Positions 10,753 through 21,460 of a stretch of DNA of 64,000 bases are shown in pieces; the first letter of the stretch is position 1, and the number at the start of each line of letters is the position of its first letter. The stretch lies in contig CAWIIP010000001.1 in NCBI GenBank assembly GCA_963836235.1, forward strand, positions 192,001 through 256,000, written 5' to 3'. A program made the translations under genes and the position numbers. The DNA comes from an uncultured Pseudomonadota bacterium (lineage in GTDB: Bacteria; Oederibacteriota; Muellerivitia; Muellerivitales; Muellerivitaceae). The notes beneath the pieces were generated by a model. That model worked only from the letters and a program-made list of their open reading frames with translations, searched no databases and was not told the origin of the DNA.

Positions 10753-11174
10753 TACCGGTGGGATGGCATTACCGCTTCAAGAGACCCAATAAAGTATCGG
10801 CCTAGTGCGGATTTCAATCGCCGATGCTAAATCCTACGCCGAGTCACAGGCCTGTTCTGCGCCTACTTTTTCCAATAAAGTGGCTAAATCCTTGTCGTTT
10901 TTTTACTCCATTGGGAATAAATCCGCCGCACCAAACACTTATCTTAGAGGAATCATCCGCTTTCAAGTGGAACCGGTCCCGTCGGGGTTTTGGTTAGATA
11001 TGTTGAGAGAAAGTATCTAGAATTTTTTTTCGAGGCTGCCCTTTTCTTAAATCGTTTTGGGCGGGCCGGATTCAGGTGACCTTGGATCTGGATGATTTAT
11101 TTTCAGTTCGTGGCCCTTGGGAATTAGGTAAGGGCGTTTAAAAAGCGAACTTTTTAAACGTGAATTTAAAGGAG

Positions 11175-13949
11175 ATGGAATTGAAATTTCTAAAAGCGGC
11201 TCTGACAAGCTTAATCATTCTGTTTTTGGGGGCAAGTTTTTCCGCCCTTTCCGCCCAAACCATTCCCACCACGTTTTCATGGACATCGACCGGCCCCCTC
11301 ATCAGCGCCAAGAACGACTCCACCCATAACATGATCGCGGTTAAGGACCCCTCCACCGTTTACTACAACGGCCAATACATTGTTTATGCCTCTTCCGTCA
11401 ATTCCGCGGGAAACTATGGAATGGAATACCTGCATTTCACCGACTGGAGCACGGCTGGCGCTGCGACGCCGTATTTCATGGATAGCAACCCTAATATCGG
11501 GAGTGGTTATCACACGGCGCCCCAAGTGTTCTATTTCGCCCCGCAGAACAAGTGGTACCTGATTTTCCAGAGCGGCCAGCCGCAGTACTCCACCAATAGC
11601 GACCCCACCCAGCCCCAGAACTGGACCGCTCCGAAGAATTTCTTCGCGTCTCAGCCCTCCAGTGTGAGTAATTGGATCGATTTCTGGATCATCAGCGATT
11701 CCTCTAATGTCTATCTGTTTTTCGCCGGTGATAACGGAAATTTCTATCGCAGCTCGACCTCCCTCGCGAACTTTCCCAATGGTTTCAACACTCCCGTCAT
11801 CGTCTACACGGATTCCGAGTTCAATCTATTCGAGGCAGACAATGTCTATACCGTCGAGCAAACCGGTACCTATCTGGCCGACATTGAGTGCATCGGCAGT
11901 GATGGACACCGATTCTTCCGCGCCTTGAGTGCCACGACCCTCGGCGGAACCTGGACCTCGCTCGGCAATACGGCAAACCTCAATACTCCTTTTTTAGGGG
12001 CTCACAACGTCACCTTCCAATCCGGCGTCTCTAACTGGACCAGCGACTTCAGCAGCGGCGGGGCGGTGATCGACGGCTATGACTCAACCGATTCCATCAA
12101 CCTCAACAATCTGTCCTTTCTCTACCAGGGCGACGTTTCCAATAGTGATTCCTACAATCTGATTCCCTGGCAACTCGCCTTGGTGACCTCCAAGGCCAAT
12201 ACAACCACTAGCCCGACTGTCACCCCGACCCATACCAACACTCCAGTTCCACCAACGCCAACTCATACCAATACACCGGTGCCTCCGACCAGCACGCCCA
12301 CCCGCACCGCCACGTCTACTCCAACGAACAGCTTCACGATGACCCACACCAATACCCCCGTGCCGCCGACGGCTACGGCGACTTTGACACCGACTTCCAC
12401 GGCCACCTCGACCAAAACCAATACGCCGGTACCGCCGACCGCTACTGTCACCTCGTCAGCTACGAGTACGGCGACTTCGACAAAGACCAATACGCCAATT
12501 CCGCCGACTGCGACGGATACGGCCACCGCGACAAAGACCAATAGTCCTGTGCCTCCTACCGCCACTTTCACGGCGACTTCCACCAATAGTCCTGTGCCGC
12601 TCACGGCTACCAACACGAACAGCCCGGTACCGCCCAGTTCCACCAATACGCCGGTTCCTCCGACGGCGACGAGTACCAATAGTCCAGTACCGCCCACGGC
12701 TACGAATACGCCCTTTCCGCCGACAGCCACCAATACTTCGGTGCCTCCGACGTCCACGAGCACAATGGTGCCGCCGACGAACACATTTACTTCGATACCG
12801 CCCACGGTGACGAATACCCTTGTGCCTCCGACAGCAACAAACACGCCCGTGCCGCCGACTTCCACCGCTACTTTGACGGCAACGGGGACGCCAACGAATA
12901 GTCAGGTGCCTCCGACGGCAACCCTTACGCAAACGCCTTTGCCGCCGACAGCTACGAGGACCTTTACGCCGATACCACCTACGGCCACCTTTACCCTGAC
13001 GCCGGTACCTCCGACGGCAACTTTCACCCATACGCCCGTTCCGCCGACGGCAACATTCACTCTTACACCGCTTCCACCAACCGACACTCCCACGGTGGTC
13101 ATCGCCAGTTCCAGCTTCACGGTGAAGTTGTTGAGCGGCGTGACCAACGGCACAACCAATAGCCCTCATCCCTTCATCCAAGTGGTGAACACGGGAACTG
13201 GGCCCTTGAGCCTGAATAATGTGGAAGTGCGCTATTGGTTCAACTGCGATTGCACGACCCAATCCCTGCAGGTCTGGGTGGACTGGGCGGGATTGTTACC
13301 CGCCGGGACATCAGTCACGGGGGATGTCGTGACCTCGGTGGTTCCCACCAGCTTGGGAGGCCAGACCGATTACATCAGCTACAAGTTCACCGGGAACCTG
13401 GTACTGCAACCGGGCCAGATGATCGAGATCCAAAGCCGGTTCAACAAGAGCGACTGGAGCAACATGAACCAGGGGAACGACTGGAGCTTCGCGCCGTATA
13501 CCAGCTACACCAACGCCACGCAGGTGACGGGATATCTGGGTGGGGCACTGGTTTGGGGTGAACAGCCGGTGGCGGCCCCGGCGGCGCTGTCGGTTTCCAG
13601 CGCCTTGGTATTCCCGAACCCCTCAACGGGGAACGGTACGACCCTTTCCTTCAACTTTTCCGGAAGGCGCGGTGGGCCGAACGGATCCTTGTTGTCGGAT
13701 GCCAGCCCGCTGTTGCTGGATCCCAACGCCAAGATCACCTTGGGCATCTATAGTTTGGCCTGGAGGCTTATCTGGACACAGACCTTGACGGGCGGGGCCT
13801 ATGGGACGACCGGACCTCATGATGTTTATTGGAACGAGAAGGACCTAGGGGGAGCGAAATTGGCTAACGGGGTTTATTTCCTGCGGGTCACCGTCGAGTC
13901 GAATGGTCAGACTACTTCCTCCATCGCCAAGATTCTCATCCTCGGATAA
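11175..13949 (+). CDS. Secreted GH62 alpha-L-arabinofuranosidase + Pro/Thr linker + CBM3 + T9SS-like CTD
   Basis: GH62 motifs [42 protein letters not shown]; CBM3; CTD. Start is 11175 or TTG 11181. Confidence 0.88.
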   Translation: MELKFLKAALTSLIILFLGASFSALSAQTIPTTFSWTSTGPLISAKNDSTHNMIAVKDPSTVYYNGQYIVYASSVNSAGNYGMEYLHFTDWSTAGAATPYFMDSNPNIGSGYHTAPQVFYFAPQNKWYLIFQSGQPQYSTNSDPTQPQNWTAPKNFFASQPSSVSNWIDFWIISDSSNVYLFFAGDNGNFYRSSTSLANFPNGFNTPVIVYTDSEFNLFEADNVYTVEQTGTYLADIECIGSDGHRFFRALSATTLGGTWTSLGNTANLNTPFLGAHNVTFQSGVSNWTSDFSSGGAVIDGYDSTDSINLNNLSFLYQGDVSNSDSYNLIPWQLALVTSKANTTTSPTVTPTHTNTPVPPTPTHTNTPVPPTSTPTRTATSTPTNSFTMTHTNTPVPPTATATLTPTSTATSTKTNTPVPPTATVTSSATSTATSTKTNTPIPPTATDTATATKTNSPVPPTATFTATSTNSPVPLTATNTNSPVPPSSTNTPVPPTATSTNSPVPPTATNTPFPPTATNTSVPPTSTSTMVPPTNTFTSIPPTVTNTLVPPTATNTPVPPTSTATLTATGTPTNSQVPPTATLTQTPLPPTATRTFTPIPPTATFTLTPVPPTATFTHTPVPPTATFTLTPLPPTDTPTVVIASSSFTVKLLSGVTNGTTNSPHPFIQVVNTGTGPLSLNNVEVRYWFNCDCTTQSLQVWVDWAGLLPAGTSVTGDVVTSVVPTSLGGQTDYISYKFTGNLVLQPGQMIEIQSRFNKSDWSNMNQGNDWSFAPYTSYTNATQVTGYLGGALVWGEQPVAAPAALSVSSALVFPNPSTGNGTTLSFNFSGRRGGPNGSLLSDASPLLLDPNAKITLGIYSLAWRLIWTQTLTGGAYGTTGPHDVYWNEKDLGGAKLANGVYFLRVTVESNGQTTSSIAKILILG
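12981..13810 (+). repeat. ~830-bp near-identical linker-CBM3-CTD module shared with 18612-19441 (CBM3 part also at ~3185-3720)
   Basis: Constant offset of 5631 at both ends; the translated CBM3 is almost identical in three genes. Confidence 0.85.
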
Positions 13950-13978
13950 ATATAGTTAAGTAAACTATTTTATTTACC

Positions 13979-14013
13979 AAAAAGCCGTTTAGCACATCGC
14001 TAAACGGCTTTTT
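13979..14013. terminator. Rho-independent terminator (bidirectional)
   Basis: AAAAAGCCGTTTAGC-ACATC-GCTAAACGGCTTTTT perfect stem about 30 nt after the GH62 stop. Confidence 0.85.
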
Positions 14014-14157
14014 GCTTATAAAGGGACGGGCTTAGAACCATTGAAAATCACTAAAATTCAAGCCGTTCCCCAACGGACGGTTTTTCCCCCAGGGGGAAAT
14101 AGACAAGTTCACCTCAAACATTAACCCTTTTTTCCGAAAGGGGATTAACCTAAAGCT

Positions 14158-15960
14158 ATGGCCGCACGAACCCCAAACCTCCCTAGACCCCTTGATAAAA
14201 TTTTGGAATATAAAAGTTTTCTCACGATCCTCAGGTATTACGTCGACCTCAATTGTTTTGTCATTCCTTCAGACCCCGGATTCTTCGAATGGCTGGCCAT
14301 ACACTACCATCAAAGGGCGGACTCCCTGTTTGATTTCGAGAAGAAATATAATTTCAAATTCAACTGGGACAAACTCCGCGACCCTGATTATGAAAGGGGA
14401 AAGGGAAAAGGCCAGCCGCTCCTGCTGGAGACGCTGGGCTTTTATGACATCTTTATGCCGATTCGCCGTAGGGGAAAAAGGTTGGGAACCATTTTATCGG
14501 GCGCTTTCGCCGACCGGGAAGTGACCTACTCCCTGTTGCGGGAAAGTTGGGGCCGATTAACCGGCCAAAGCGCTTCGCCTGAAAACGGGGAATTCCGGCA
14601 ATTCGTACGCGTGATGCTGGAGGCGCCCGTCTTGGAAGGTCCCACCCTTCTGGCTTACCGCGAGGCCTTGGAGTTGTACGCTGGTGTTTTGGTCGATCAA
14701 AACAAGCCCGAAGCCTTTCGGCGGTGGGAGGAATTATTGACGCGGGTATTCTCAAAACAGGTTCCCCACAGCTATTTCATGGACTGGGCCCTAGGTCTTC
14801 CCACGCGGCAGACCGCGCCCATCTGGGACCGGGGTATCCAGGAAATGCCCTGGGTCCGATCCGAAATAGGCCTCAGCCGGGTTCCCACCACCGTGATCAC
14901 GGCCATTCCCTTGGATGTCGGTGGAAGACGGCATGACGCCGTTGAGGACATGCTGCGAATTTACCGTTTCCAGCGCCGGAGTTTTCATTTCGCCCAGACC
15001 CTGCCCCAAACCGTAGGGGGGAAGCTGGAGAACTACGGGGCTGTTTTCGTCACGTCGGCCGATCCCTCCCTAAGCCGGCCCCAACGCCGCAGGAAAATCC
15101 TGGAAGCCGCGGAACAAATACATCATTTTGCGACGAAGGAATTGGGGGGGCCGGCTTTGGTGGGAATCGGTGTGACGGTTGCGCCAGGGGAATCCTTGAA
15201 TGAATCCTACCGGCAAGCGTTGCTTGGTCTTCACTTGGGCCGGGGGGCCGGTAAAGAAGTGGTTTTCTTCGGCTCGGTGCACGCCGAAAAATCCGTAGGG
15301 ATACTGGAAATCATGCGTTTGTCGGAGAAGTTAAAACGCCTGGTCGAGACGGCTTCTTCCGCAGACCTGGGGAGCGCCCTGGACGGGTTCTTGAACCAAG
15401 TTCTTACCCTTTCCATGCATAACCCCGAGGAAATCCGATGGCATTTGCAGTACGGATTGATCCAGATGAAAGACGCGGTTGAGAAAAGGCTCTTCGCGGG
15501 GAAAGAGGAGGCGTCCAAGTTGCATGAAAACCTGGTTCTCTCACTGGAAAAAGCTGGTACCACGCAAGAAATTATCTTGGCCTTTAAAGACGCCCTGGAA
15601 AAACTACTATTCCTTGCGCAAGGCGGTGTCGCCCTGAAGACCGCTTTCTCCATGGAAAGGGTTCGGGATTATTTGGACCAACATTTCCGGGAACCCCTAC
15701 GAGCTGAAAAAATCGCGAAGCTTGCGGACGTATCGGTTGCCACTCTCAGTCGGCATTTCAAAAAATCCGCGGGAGTTGGTCTTGAAATCTATCTTCAGAA
15801 CTTAAGAATTGAAGAAGCGAAGCGCCTATTGAAAACCGGTAGCCTGCCGGTTTTCCAGGTCGCCCAATCGTGCGGGTTCAAATCCGCTTCGCACTTTGCC
15901 CGTTTTTTTCGACGAAAAACGGGAAGTTCCCCCGAAGAATTCCGTAAAAAATCCCATTGA
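14158..15960 (+). CDS. AraC-family regulator with N-terminal PocR-like sensor and CdaR/PucR-like middle domain
   Basis: C-terminal AraC double HTH (RIEEAKRLL...VAQSCGFKSASHFARFFRRKTGSSP); PocR-like DIFMPIRRRGKRLGTILSG; GGDEF-like LVGIG...LNESYRQA; no transmembrane segments. Confidence 0.8.
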   Translation: MAARTPNLPRPLDKILEYKSFLTILRYYVDLNCFVIPSDPGFFEWLAIHYHQRADSLFDFEKKYNFKFNWDKLRDPDYERGKGKGQPLLLETLGFYDIFMPIRRRGKRLGTILSGAFADREVTYSLLRESWGRLTGQSASPENGEFRQFVRVMLEAPVLEGPTLLAYREALELYAGVLVDQNKPEAFRRWEELLTRVFSKQVPHSYFMDWALGLPTRQTAPIWDRGIQEMPWVRSEIGLSRVPTTVITAIPLDVGGRRHDAVEDMLRIYRFQRRSFHFAQTLPQTVGGKLENYGAVFVTSADPSLSRPQRRRKILEAAEQIHHFATKELGGPALVGIGVTVAPGESLNESYRQALLGLHLGRGAGKEVVFFGSVHAEKSVGILEIMRLSEKLKRLVETASSADLGSALDGFLNQVLTLSMHNPEEIRWHLQYGLIQMKDAVEKRLFAGKEEASKLHENLVLSLEKAGTTQEIILAFKDALEKLLFLAQGGVALKTAFSMERVRDYLDQHFREPLRAEKIAKLADVSVATLSRHFKKSAGVGLEIYLQNLRIEEAKRLLKTGSLPVFQVAQSCGFKSASHFARFFRRKTGSSPEEFRKKSH

Positions 15961-16199
15961 GTTGAACGGGAAAGTTTCTTGTTCAGGTGTTTGAGGTTAA
16001 GTGAAATAAAAGTCAATACGTATGATGAAGACGGGGCATTGATTTGCTTCCCGCTATTGTGACCCGACTCACCCGCCTGTATCTTTCATCCATAGAAGAA
16101 CGTTATAAGTTTGATGTTTAGAAGGGATCGGCTGACACCGAATGAATTTGAGTTCTATTCCCATTCGGCCCGCCGCAATTAAACTTGGGAGTGGCAACT

Positions 16200-19100
16200 A
16201 TGGCTTTGAATAAAATGAAGGCTTTGACTTTAGCGCTTTGGGTTTTTTGTTTTGCCCCTGCCATTTGGGCGCAAAACGTTACGGTCACTTCCGGCACGAC
16301 CTATCAAACCATATCGGGTTTTGGCGCCTCCAGCCAATGGGACAACTCCTTCTCCTCCTCGCTCGCGGACACTTTCTGGTCGGACGATTCGAGCCAGCCT
16401 CCCTCCAGCCAGGTGAACGGTCATGCCGGCCTTTCCATCCTCCGCCTCGGCATTGACGACTCCGGCAACGGCAACTGGGGTTCCCAATGCGCCTTCGCGA
16501 CTCAGGCGCTGGGCATCAATAAAAATGTCAGGGTCTTCGGCAGCCCGTGGAGCCCGCCGGCCAAGTGGAAGAACAACAACAGCGTCGACGGCAACAACAC
16601 CGGCAGCGACAACTTCAACCCCGGTTCCAACAGCAACCAACTCAACAGCGGGAATTACGGCAATTACGCCTCCTACCTCACCAGCTTCGCCACGGCCTGC
16701 AAGAACACCTACGGCTTTACCCCCTACGCGATTTCGGTCCAGAATGAGCCTGACTACGACCCCAGCTATGATGCCTGCCTTTGGTCGCCGTCGGCCATCG
16801 ACACCTTTGTTGGCTCTTATCTTGGCCCGGACCTCAATGCCGCCGGCTTCAACAACATTGTCATGATCCCCGAATCCTTCGCGGACAACCTGACCGGGGC
16901 CAACACGGCCATGGGAGATTCGAACGCGGCGAAATACGTGAAGGTTATCGGGATGCACCTCTACGGCGGCGGCCCCAATACCATCCCTTCCAGCTACTCC
17001 ACCACGGCCGGCCACGCGGTCGAATCTTGGTGCACCGAAGTCTCGGAAAAAACCAGCGACAACAACATCGACAGCGGCGTTTTCTACGCTGGCGAACTTC
17101 ACAGCTGCATTGTGGACCACAACTACAACGCCTACTGCTACTGGTGGCTCGTCCCAACCGGAACCGACGACGAGGGCCTATGCGATAATTCAGGCAACCC
17201 CACCAAGCGCCTCTACACGATTGGCAATTACAGCAAGTTCATCCGCCCGGGTTACGTGCGCATCGGCGCCACCGAGGTGCCTTCGTCGGGAGTTTCGGTC
17301 TCAGCTTACTACAGCGCTACCGATGGCAAGGTTGTGATCGTGGCCATTAACGGCAATACCGGCTCCAGCGCGAACGTGAATTTCAACTACAGCGACCTGA
17401 ACGTTTCCACAGTTTATCCCTGGGTCACGTCCTCATCCCTGAATCTGGTGCAGCAGACGGCGGTGGCCGTCAGCGGGGGAAAATTTTCCTATACCCTGCC
17501 GGCGCAAAGTGTGGTTAGTTTCGTCGCCTCGGCGGGCGGCGGTACGCCGGTACCGACATTCACGCCGACGCCTGCTCCGCCCACCCCCACGCCTATTGTG
17601 GCCTCTACCTGGCGGGTGAACGCGGGTGGACCGGCTTACACCGATACACTGGGCAATGTCTGGGCAGCGGATGAGAACTTCAATGGCGGTACCACGGTCG
17701 CTAGCGGCGGGACCATCACCGGGACTTCCGATTCGACCCTTTATGACACTCAGCGCTATGGCACCTTCAGCTATAGCTTCAATGTCCCGGCCGGGAGTTA
17801 CCAGGTTACCCTCAAGCTGGCGGAGACCTACTCGGGCGATTTCTCGTCTGGGACCAGGGTTTTCAACATCGCCATCAACGGGACCACGGTGGCCTCGAAC
17901 CTGGATATCTTCGCCCAGGTGGGTTCCAACACCGCCGATGACAAGGTGTTCAACAACATCAGCCCCAGCGGGGGAGTGATCACCATCACCTTTACGGGTG
18001 GGACCAGCACCGACGTCAACGCGGTAGTGGAAGCTCTGCAGGTCATCCCTCAGCCGGCCACGCCCACAGCGACCAGAACCGCCACATCAACGGCGACGAG
18101 TACTTCAACCTCGACTGCGACAAGCACGCCGACGCGCACGAATACGCCCGTGCCGCCGACCGCGACATTTACCGTGACGTCAACCACCACCGCTACGCCA
18201 TCTTCTTCGCCTACTTCGACTTGGACGAGTACGGATACGCCCGTGCCGCCGACGGCGACGAAGACCAATACGCCGGTACCACCGACGCCTACCAACACGT
18301 CTGTGCCGCCCACTTTCACCGATACGCCGGCACCTCCAACGGCAACGGGAACCAATAGTCCGGTCCCGCCGACATTCACCAATACGCCTTTGCCTCCCAC
18401 GGCGACTATTACCAACAGTCCGGTACCACCTACGACGACCTTCACCCAAACGCCTTTGCCGCCGACCGCCACATGGACCAATAGTCCTGTTCCACCAACG
18501 GCTACGAATACGGCGGTACCACCGACAGCGACCAATAGTCCTGTGCCGCCGACGGCCACCTTGACCCATACCCCGGTGCCGCCTACTAGTACCTTTACGG
18601 CTGTCCCTCCCACGGCCACCTTTACCCTGACGCCGGTACCTCCGACGGCAACTTTCACCCATACGCCCGTTCCGCCGACGGCAACATTCACTCTTACACC
18701 GCTTCCACCAACCGACACTCCCACGGCGGTTATCGCCAGTTCCAGCTTCACGGTGAAGTTGTTGAGCGGCGTGACCAACGGCACAACCAATAGCCCTCAT
18801 CCCTTCATCCAAGTGGTGAACACGGGAACTGGGCCCTTGAGCCTGAATAATGTGGAAGTGCGCTATTGGTTCAACTGCGATTGCACGACCCAATCCCTGC
18901 AGGTCTGGGTGGACTGGGCGGGATTGTTACCCGCCGGGACATCGGTTACGGGGGATGTCGTGACCTCGGTGGTTCCCACCAGCTTGGGAGGCCAGACCGA
19001 TTACATCAGCTACAAGTTCACCGGGAACCTGGTACTGCAACCGGGCCAGATGATCGAGATCCAAAGCCGGTTCAACAAGAGCGACTGGAGCAACATGACC

Positions 19101-19580
19101 CAGTCCAACGACTGGAGCTTTGCTCCTAACACGAGTTACACCAACGCGCCGCAGGTAACGGGATACCTGGGTGGGGCACTGGTTTGGGGCGAACAGCCGG
19201 TGGGAGCTCCGGCAGCGCTGTCGGTCTCCAGCGTCTTGGTTTTCCCGAATCCCTCGACGGGGAACGGTACGACCCTTTCCTTCAACTTTTCCGGAAGGCG
19301 CGGTGGACCCAACGGATCCTTGTTGTCGGATGCCAGCCCGCTGTTGCTGGATCCCAACGCCAAGATCACCTTGGGCATCTATAGTTTGGCCTGGAGGCTC
19401 ATTTGGACTCAGACTTTGACGGGCGGGGCCTATGGGACGACAGGGAACCATGATCTTTACTGGAACGAGAGGGACTTCAATGGCGCGGGATTGGCCAATG
19501 GGGTCTATATCCTCAAAGTGACCGTGGAGTCCAAAGGACAGACCAGCTCGGCACTATCGAGGATTTTGATTTTGAAGTAG
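16200..19580 (+). CDS. Secreted GH30 + malectin + Pro/Thr linker + CBM3 + T9SS-like CTD
   Basis: YQTISGFGAS, SPWSPP, SVQNEP, WCTE, NYSKFIRPG; malectin (RVNAGG...LYDTQRYG...VTLKLAE...RVFNIAING); CBM3; CTD. Confidence 0.88.
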   Translation: MALNKMKALTLALWVFCFAPAIWAQNVTVTSGTTYQTISGFGASSQWDNSFSSSLADTFWSDDSSQPPSSQVNGHAGLSILRLGIDDSGNGNWGSQCAFATQALGINKNVRVFGSPWSPPAKWKNNNSVDGNNTGSDNFNPGSNSNQLNSGNYGNYASYLTSFATACKNTYGFTPYAISVQNEPDYDPSYDACLWSPSAIDTFVGSYLGPDLNAAGFNNIVMIPESFADNLTGANTAMGDSNAAKYVKVIGMHLYGGGPNTIPSSYSTTAGHAVESWCTEVSEKTSDNNIDSGVFYAGELHSCIVDHNYNAYCYWWLVPTGTDDEGLCDNSGNPTKRLYTIGNYSKFIRPGYVRIGATEVPSSGVSVSAYYSATDGKVVIVAINGNTGSSANVNFNYSDLNVSTVYPWVTSSSLNLVQQTAVAVSGGKFSYTLPAQSVVSFVASAGGGTPVPTFTPTPAPPTPTPIVASTWRVNAGGPAYTDTLGNVWAADENFNGGTTVASGGTITGTSDSTLYDTQRYGTFSYSFNVPAGSYQVTLKLAETYSGDFSSGTRVFNIAINGTTVASNLDIFAQVGSNTADDKVFNNISPSGGVITITFTGGTSTDVNAVVEALQVIPQPATPTATRTATSTATSTSTSTATSTPTRTNTPVPPTATFTVTSTTTATPSSSPTSTWTSTDTPVPPTATKTNTPVPPTPTNTSVPPTFTDTPAPPTATGTNSPVPPTFTNTPLPPTATITNSPVPPTTTFTQTPLPPTATWTNSPVPPTATNTAVPPTATNSPVPPTATLTHTPVPPTSTFTAVPPTATFTLTPVPPTATFTHTPVPPTATFTLTPLPPTDTPTAVIASSSFTVKLLSGVTNGTTNSPHPFIQVVNTGTGPLSLNNVEVRYWFNCDCTTQSLQVWVDWAGLLPAGTSVTGDVVTSVVPTSLGGQTDYISYKFTGNLVLQPGQMIEIQSRFNKSDWSNMTQSNDWSFAPNTSYTNAPQVTGYLGGALVWGEQPVGAPAALSVSSVLVFPNPSTGNGTTLSFNFSGRRGGPNGSLLSDASPLLLDPNAKITLGIYSLAWRLIWTQTLTGGAYGTTGNHDLYWNERDFNGAGLANGVYILKVTVESKGQTSSALSRILILK

Positions 19581-19600
19581 AAGAAAGGTAAAGGCTGGCG

Positions 19601-19659
19601 TGCCGTGGCAGGGAAGGGAAAACAACGGGCGTTGTTTGGGCACTCTTTCAGCCGCGGCT
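19601..19659 (+). other. Conserved intergenic stem-loop, copy 2
   Basis: Shares the core GGAAGGGAAAA(A)CAACGGGCGTTGTTTGGGC with the 4171 copy; outer-stem differences preserve pairing. Confidence 0.6.
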
Positions 19660-20079
19660 AACCCCAGACTTTTATCGAGGAAGATTTTCACCAAGAGGCC
19701 TGTGCTTTTCCAAGCTGAATTCCTGCCAAGACCTGCATAAGGCAAGTTTTTAGATAATGTCTCCAAGCAAACAATTCATTGCTTTGTGTTCCGCATCTGG
19801 TTTCACGATAAGTTGGAGAAAAGCTGAACTCGAAACGTTTTTTTATCGAAGGTTATGTTAATAAAAATTTATAACTCTTCCACCGTCAGATTTAATCTTC
19901 CCAAATCACGATTTTAAAAATCATCCGAAAATTCATTTATGGCAACATTTTTTTGTTAAACTCTTTACGCAAAAGAACCGACAAATTATTAGTGATAAGC
20001 AATTACAAAGGTCTGGGGATTATTTTAAAAATATTTTATTTTTTGACCCAAAAAATTTTTTGACAGCGAGGAGTCATCC

Positions 20080-20926
20080 ATGGGAACTGCCGTTCCACTG
20101 GAAAAAATAAGCTTTGACCGGCCCAAGGATCTGCCCGGCGTTGAAATTGTTCGTGCTGACCATACGACCCAATGCCTTCGACTTTTTAATCAAAATTACA
20201 TGGTGAACACGAATTTGTTTGTTGGCAATCCCCGTAAATATGGCAAGGGTCTCTATCGGGGGAAGATGCTTACGGGACAGGACGGTGACACCCTTTTTGC
20301 GGAACCGGGAGAAATTTACAATGTGAAATATATTTCGGATCCCGTATGCTTTCGGGCCCTATTCATATCACCCGAAACCTTCGAAAAAACCGCGCGGGAA
20401 ATGGGATCTCCCGGCCCGAGAGTCCATTTTAAAATGGCGATTACGGATCATCATGGCCTCTTCATGGTTTTTAAAAACCTTCACCTAAGCCTTGAAAAGC
20501 CGCACTCCGCATTGGAGCGGCAGAGCCGGTGGACCCATTGTTTGCACCTTTTGTTGGAAGTTGGCGCTGAAAAAGCCCCGCCCCCCAGTCCGAAAGGATT
20601 GCCCCGGAAAGCCATTTCGCGCGCGGTTGAATTTCTTCATGCCAATAGCACCGAGGATATCTCCTTAAAAGATATCGCCGCCGGCGGCTCGATTAAGCCC
20701 TTTCCACTTCTTGCGGGAATTCACGCGAGAAATGGGCGTGCCCCCCCATGTCTATCAAGTCCTATTGCGTCTCAAAAAGGCGCAGCAATTGCTCAGGTTG
20801 GGGATCAGTCCCTCACGAGCCGCGACGGACGAAGTCGCCAAGGTGTCCGTCTTCCTGGCCTCCAGCGCCGCGGATTACATGACCGGAACCACCCTGGTAG
20901 TGGACGGGGGGCGGCTCCTTACTTAA
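20080..20926 (+). pseudogene. Frameshifted AraC-family regulator fused to a short-chain dehydrogenase C-terminal remnant
   Basis: AraC ligand-binding-like N-terminus. HTH1 ([20 protein letters not shown]) continues only in another frame after ~20680. HTH2 is replaced by [27 protein letters not shown], a typical SDR C-terminus. Confidence 0.75.
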
Positions 20927-21094
20927 ATCACGGTTTGAATTCCATGTTACTTATAGCAATTTCGTCCAATAAACCGGGAATCCGATTCATTAAACTTTCC
21001 GACAATCAACTTTACTTCACTGATATGCGGTCCTTGAAAGGATTCGCGTTTGGCCGGTTTGAAATTGAAAAATTTTCTTAAATAAAGACCGAGG

Positions 21095-21460
21095 TTGAAT
21101 TTGGTGGTTCCGATGGATGAAAAGCGCCAGCAAGAGCGGCTTGATTTCCAAAAATGGGTTCAAATATTTCCGGTTCTTCCCTCGGGTCCGGGTTCCACTT
21201 GGGAGATTCAAGACAGTTCCATCGGCGCTTGGGCCAACAATATCAGCGAAGGGGGATTGCAGGTCGAGACCTGCCACCCCTTCAACCCGAATTTTCCCCT
21301 CAAATTAAATATCGAGTTCGAAAAAGGCCGTTTCGTGGAAACTTACGGAAAAATGATCTGGTCGCACGGCAACCATTGCGGAATTCGTTTTATGTGGATG
21401 GACGAGCGCCTGCGAAAATGCATCCAGTCGGTCCAAAAAATGAAAAATAATTCAAACTAA
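21095..21460 (+). CDS. PilZ-domain protein (c-di-GMP receptor)
   Basis: RxxxR (RQQER) and NxSxxG (NISEGG) motifs, GIRF near the C-terminus. Exact start uncertain (21095-21113). Confidence 0.8.
   Translation: MNLVVPMDEKRQQERLDFQKWVQIFPVLPSGPGSTWEIQDSSIGAWANNISEGGLQVETCHPFNPNFPLKLNIEFEKGRFVETYGKMIWSHGNHCGIRFMWMDERLRKCIQSVQKMKNNSN

Noticed and set aside
19660-20079. Riboswitch or sRNA in the long AT-rich intergenic regions (also 10753-11170, 46161-46619, 55453-55862)
   Set aside because: No recognisable c-di-GMP or other riboswitch consensus by eye; an Rfam scan would be needed.
20080-21081. 333-aa intact AraC
   Set aside because: Sequence after ~20680 is out of frame; the HTH lies in another frame.
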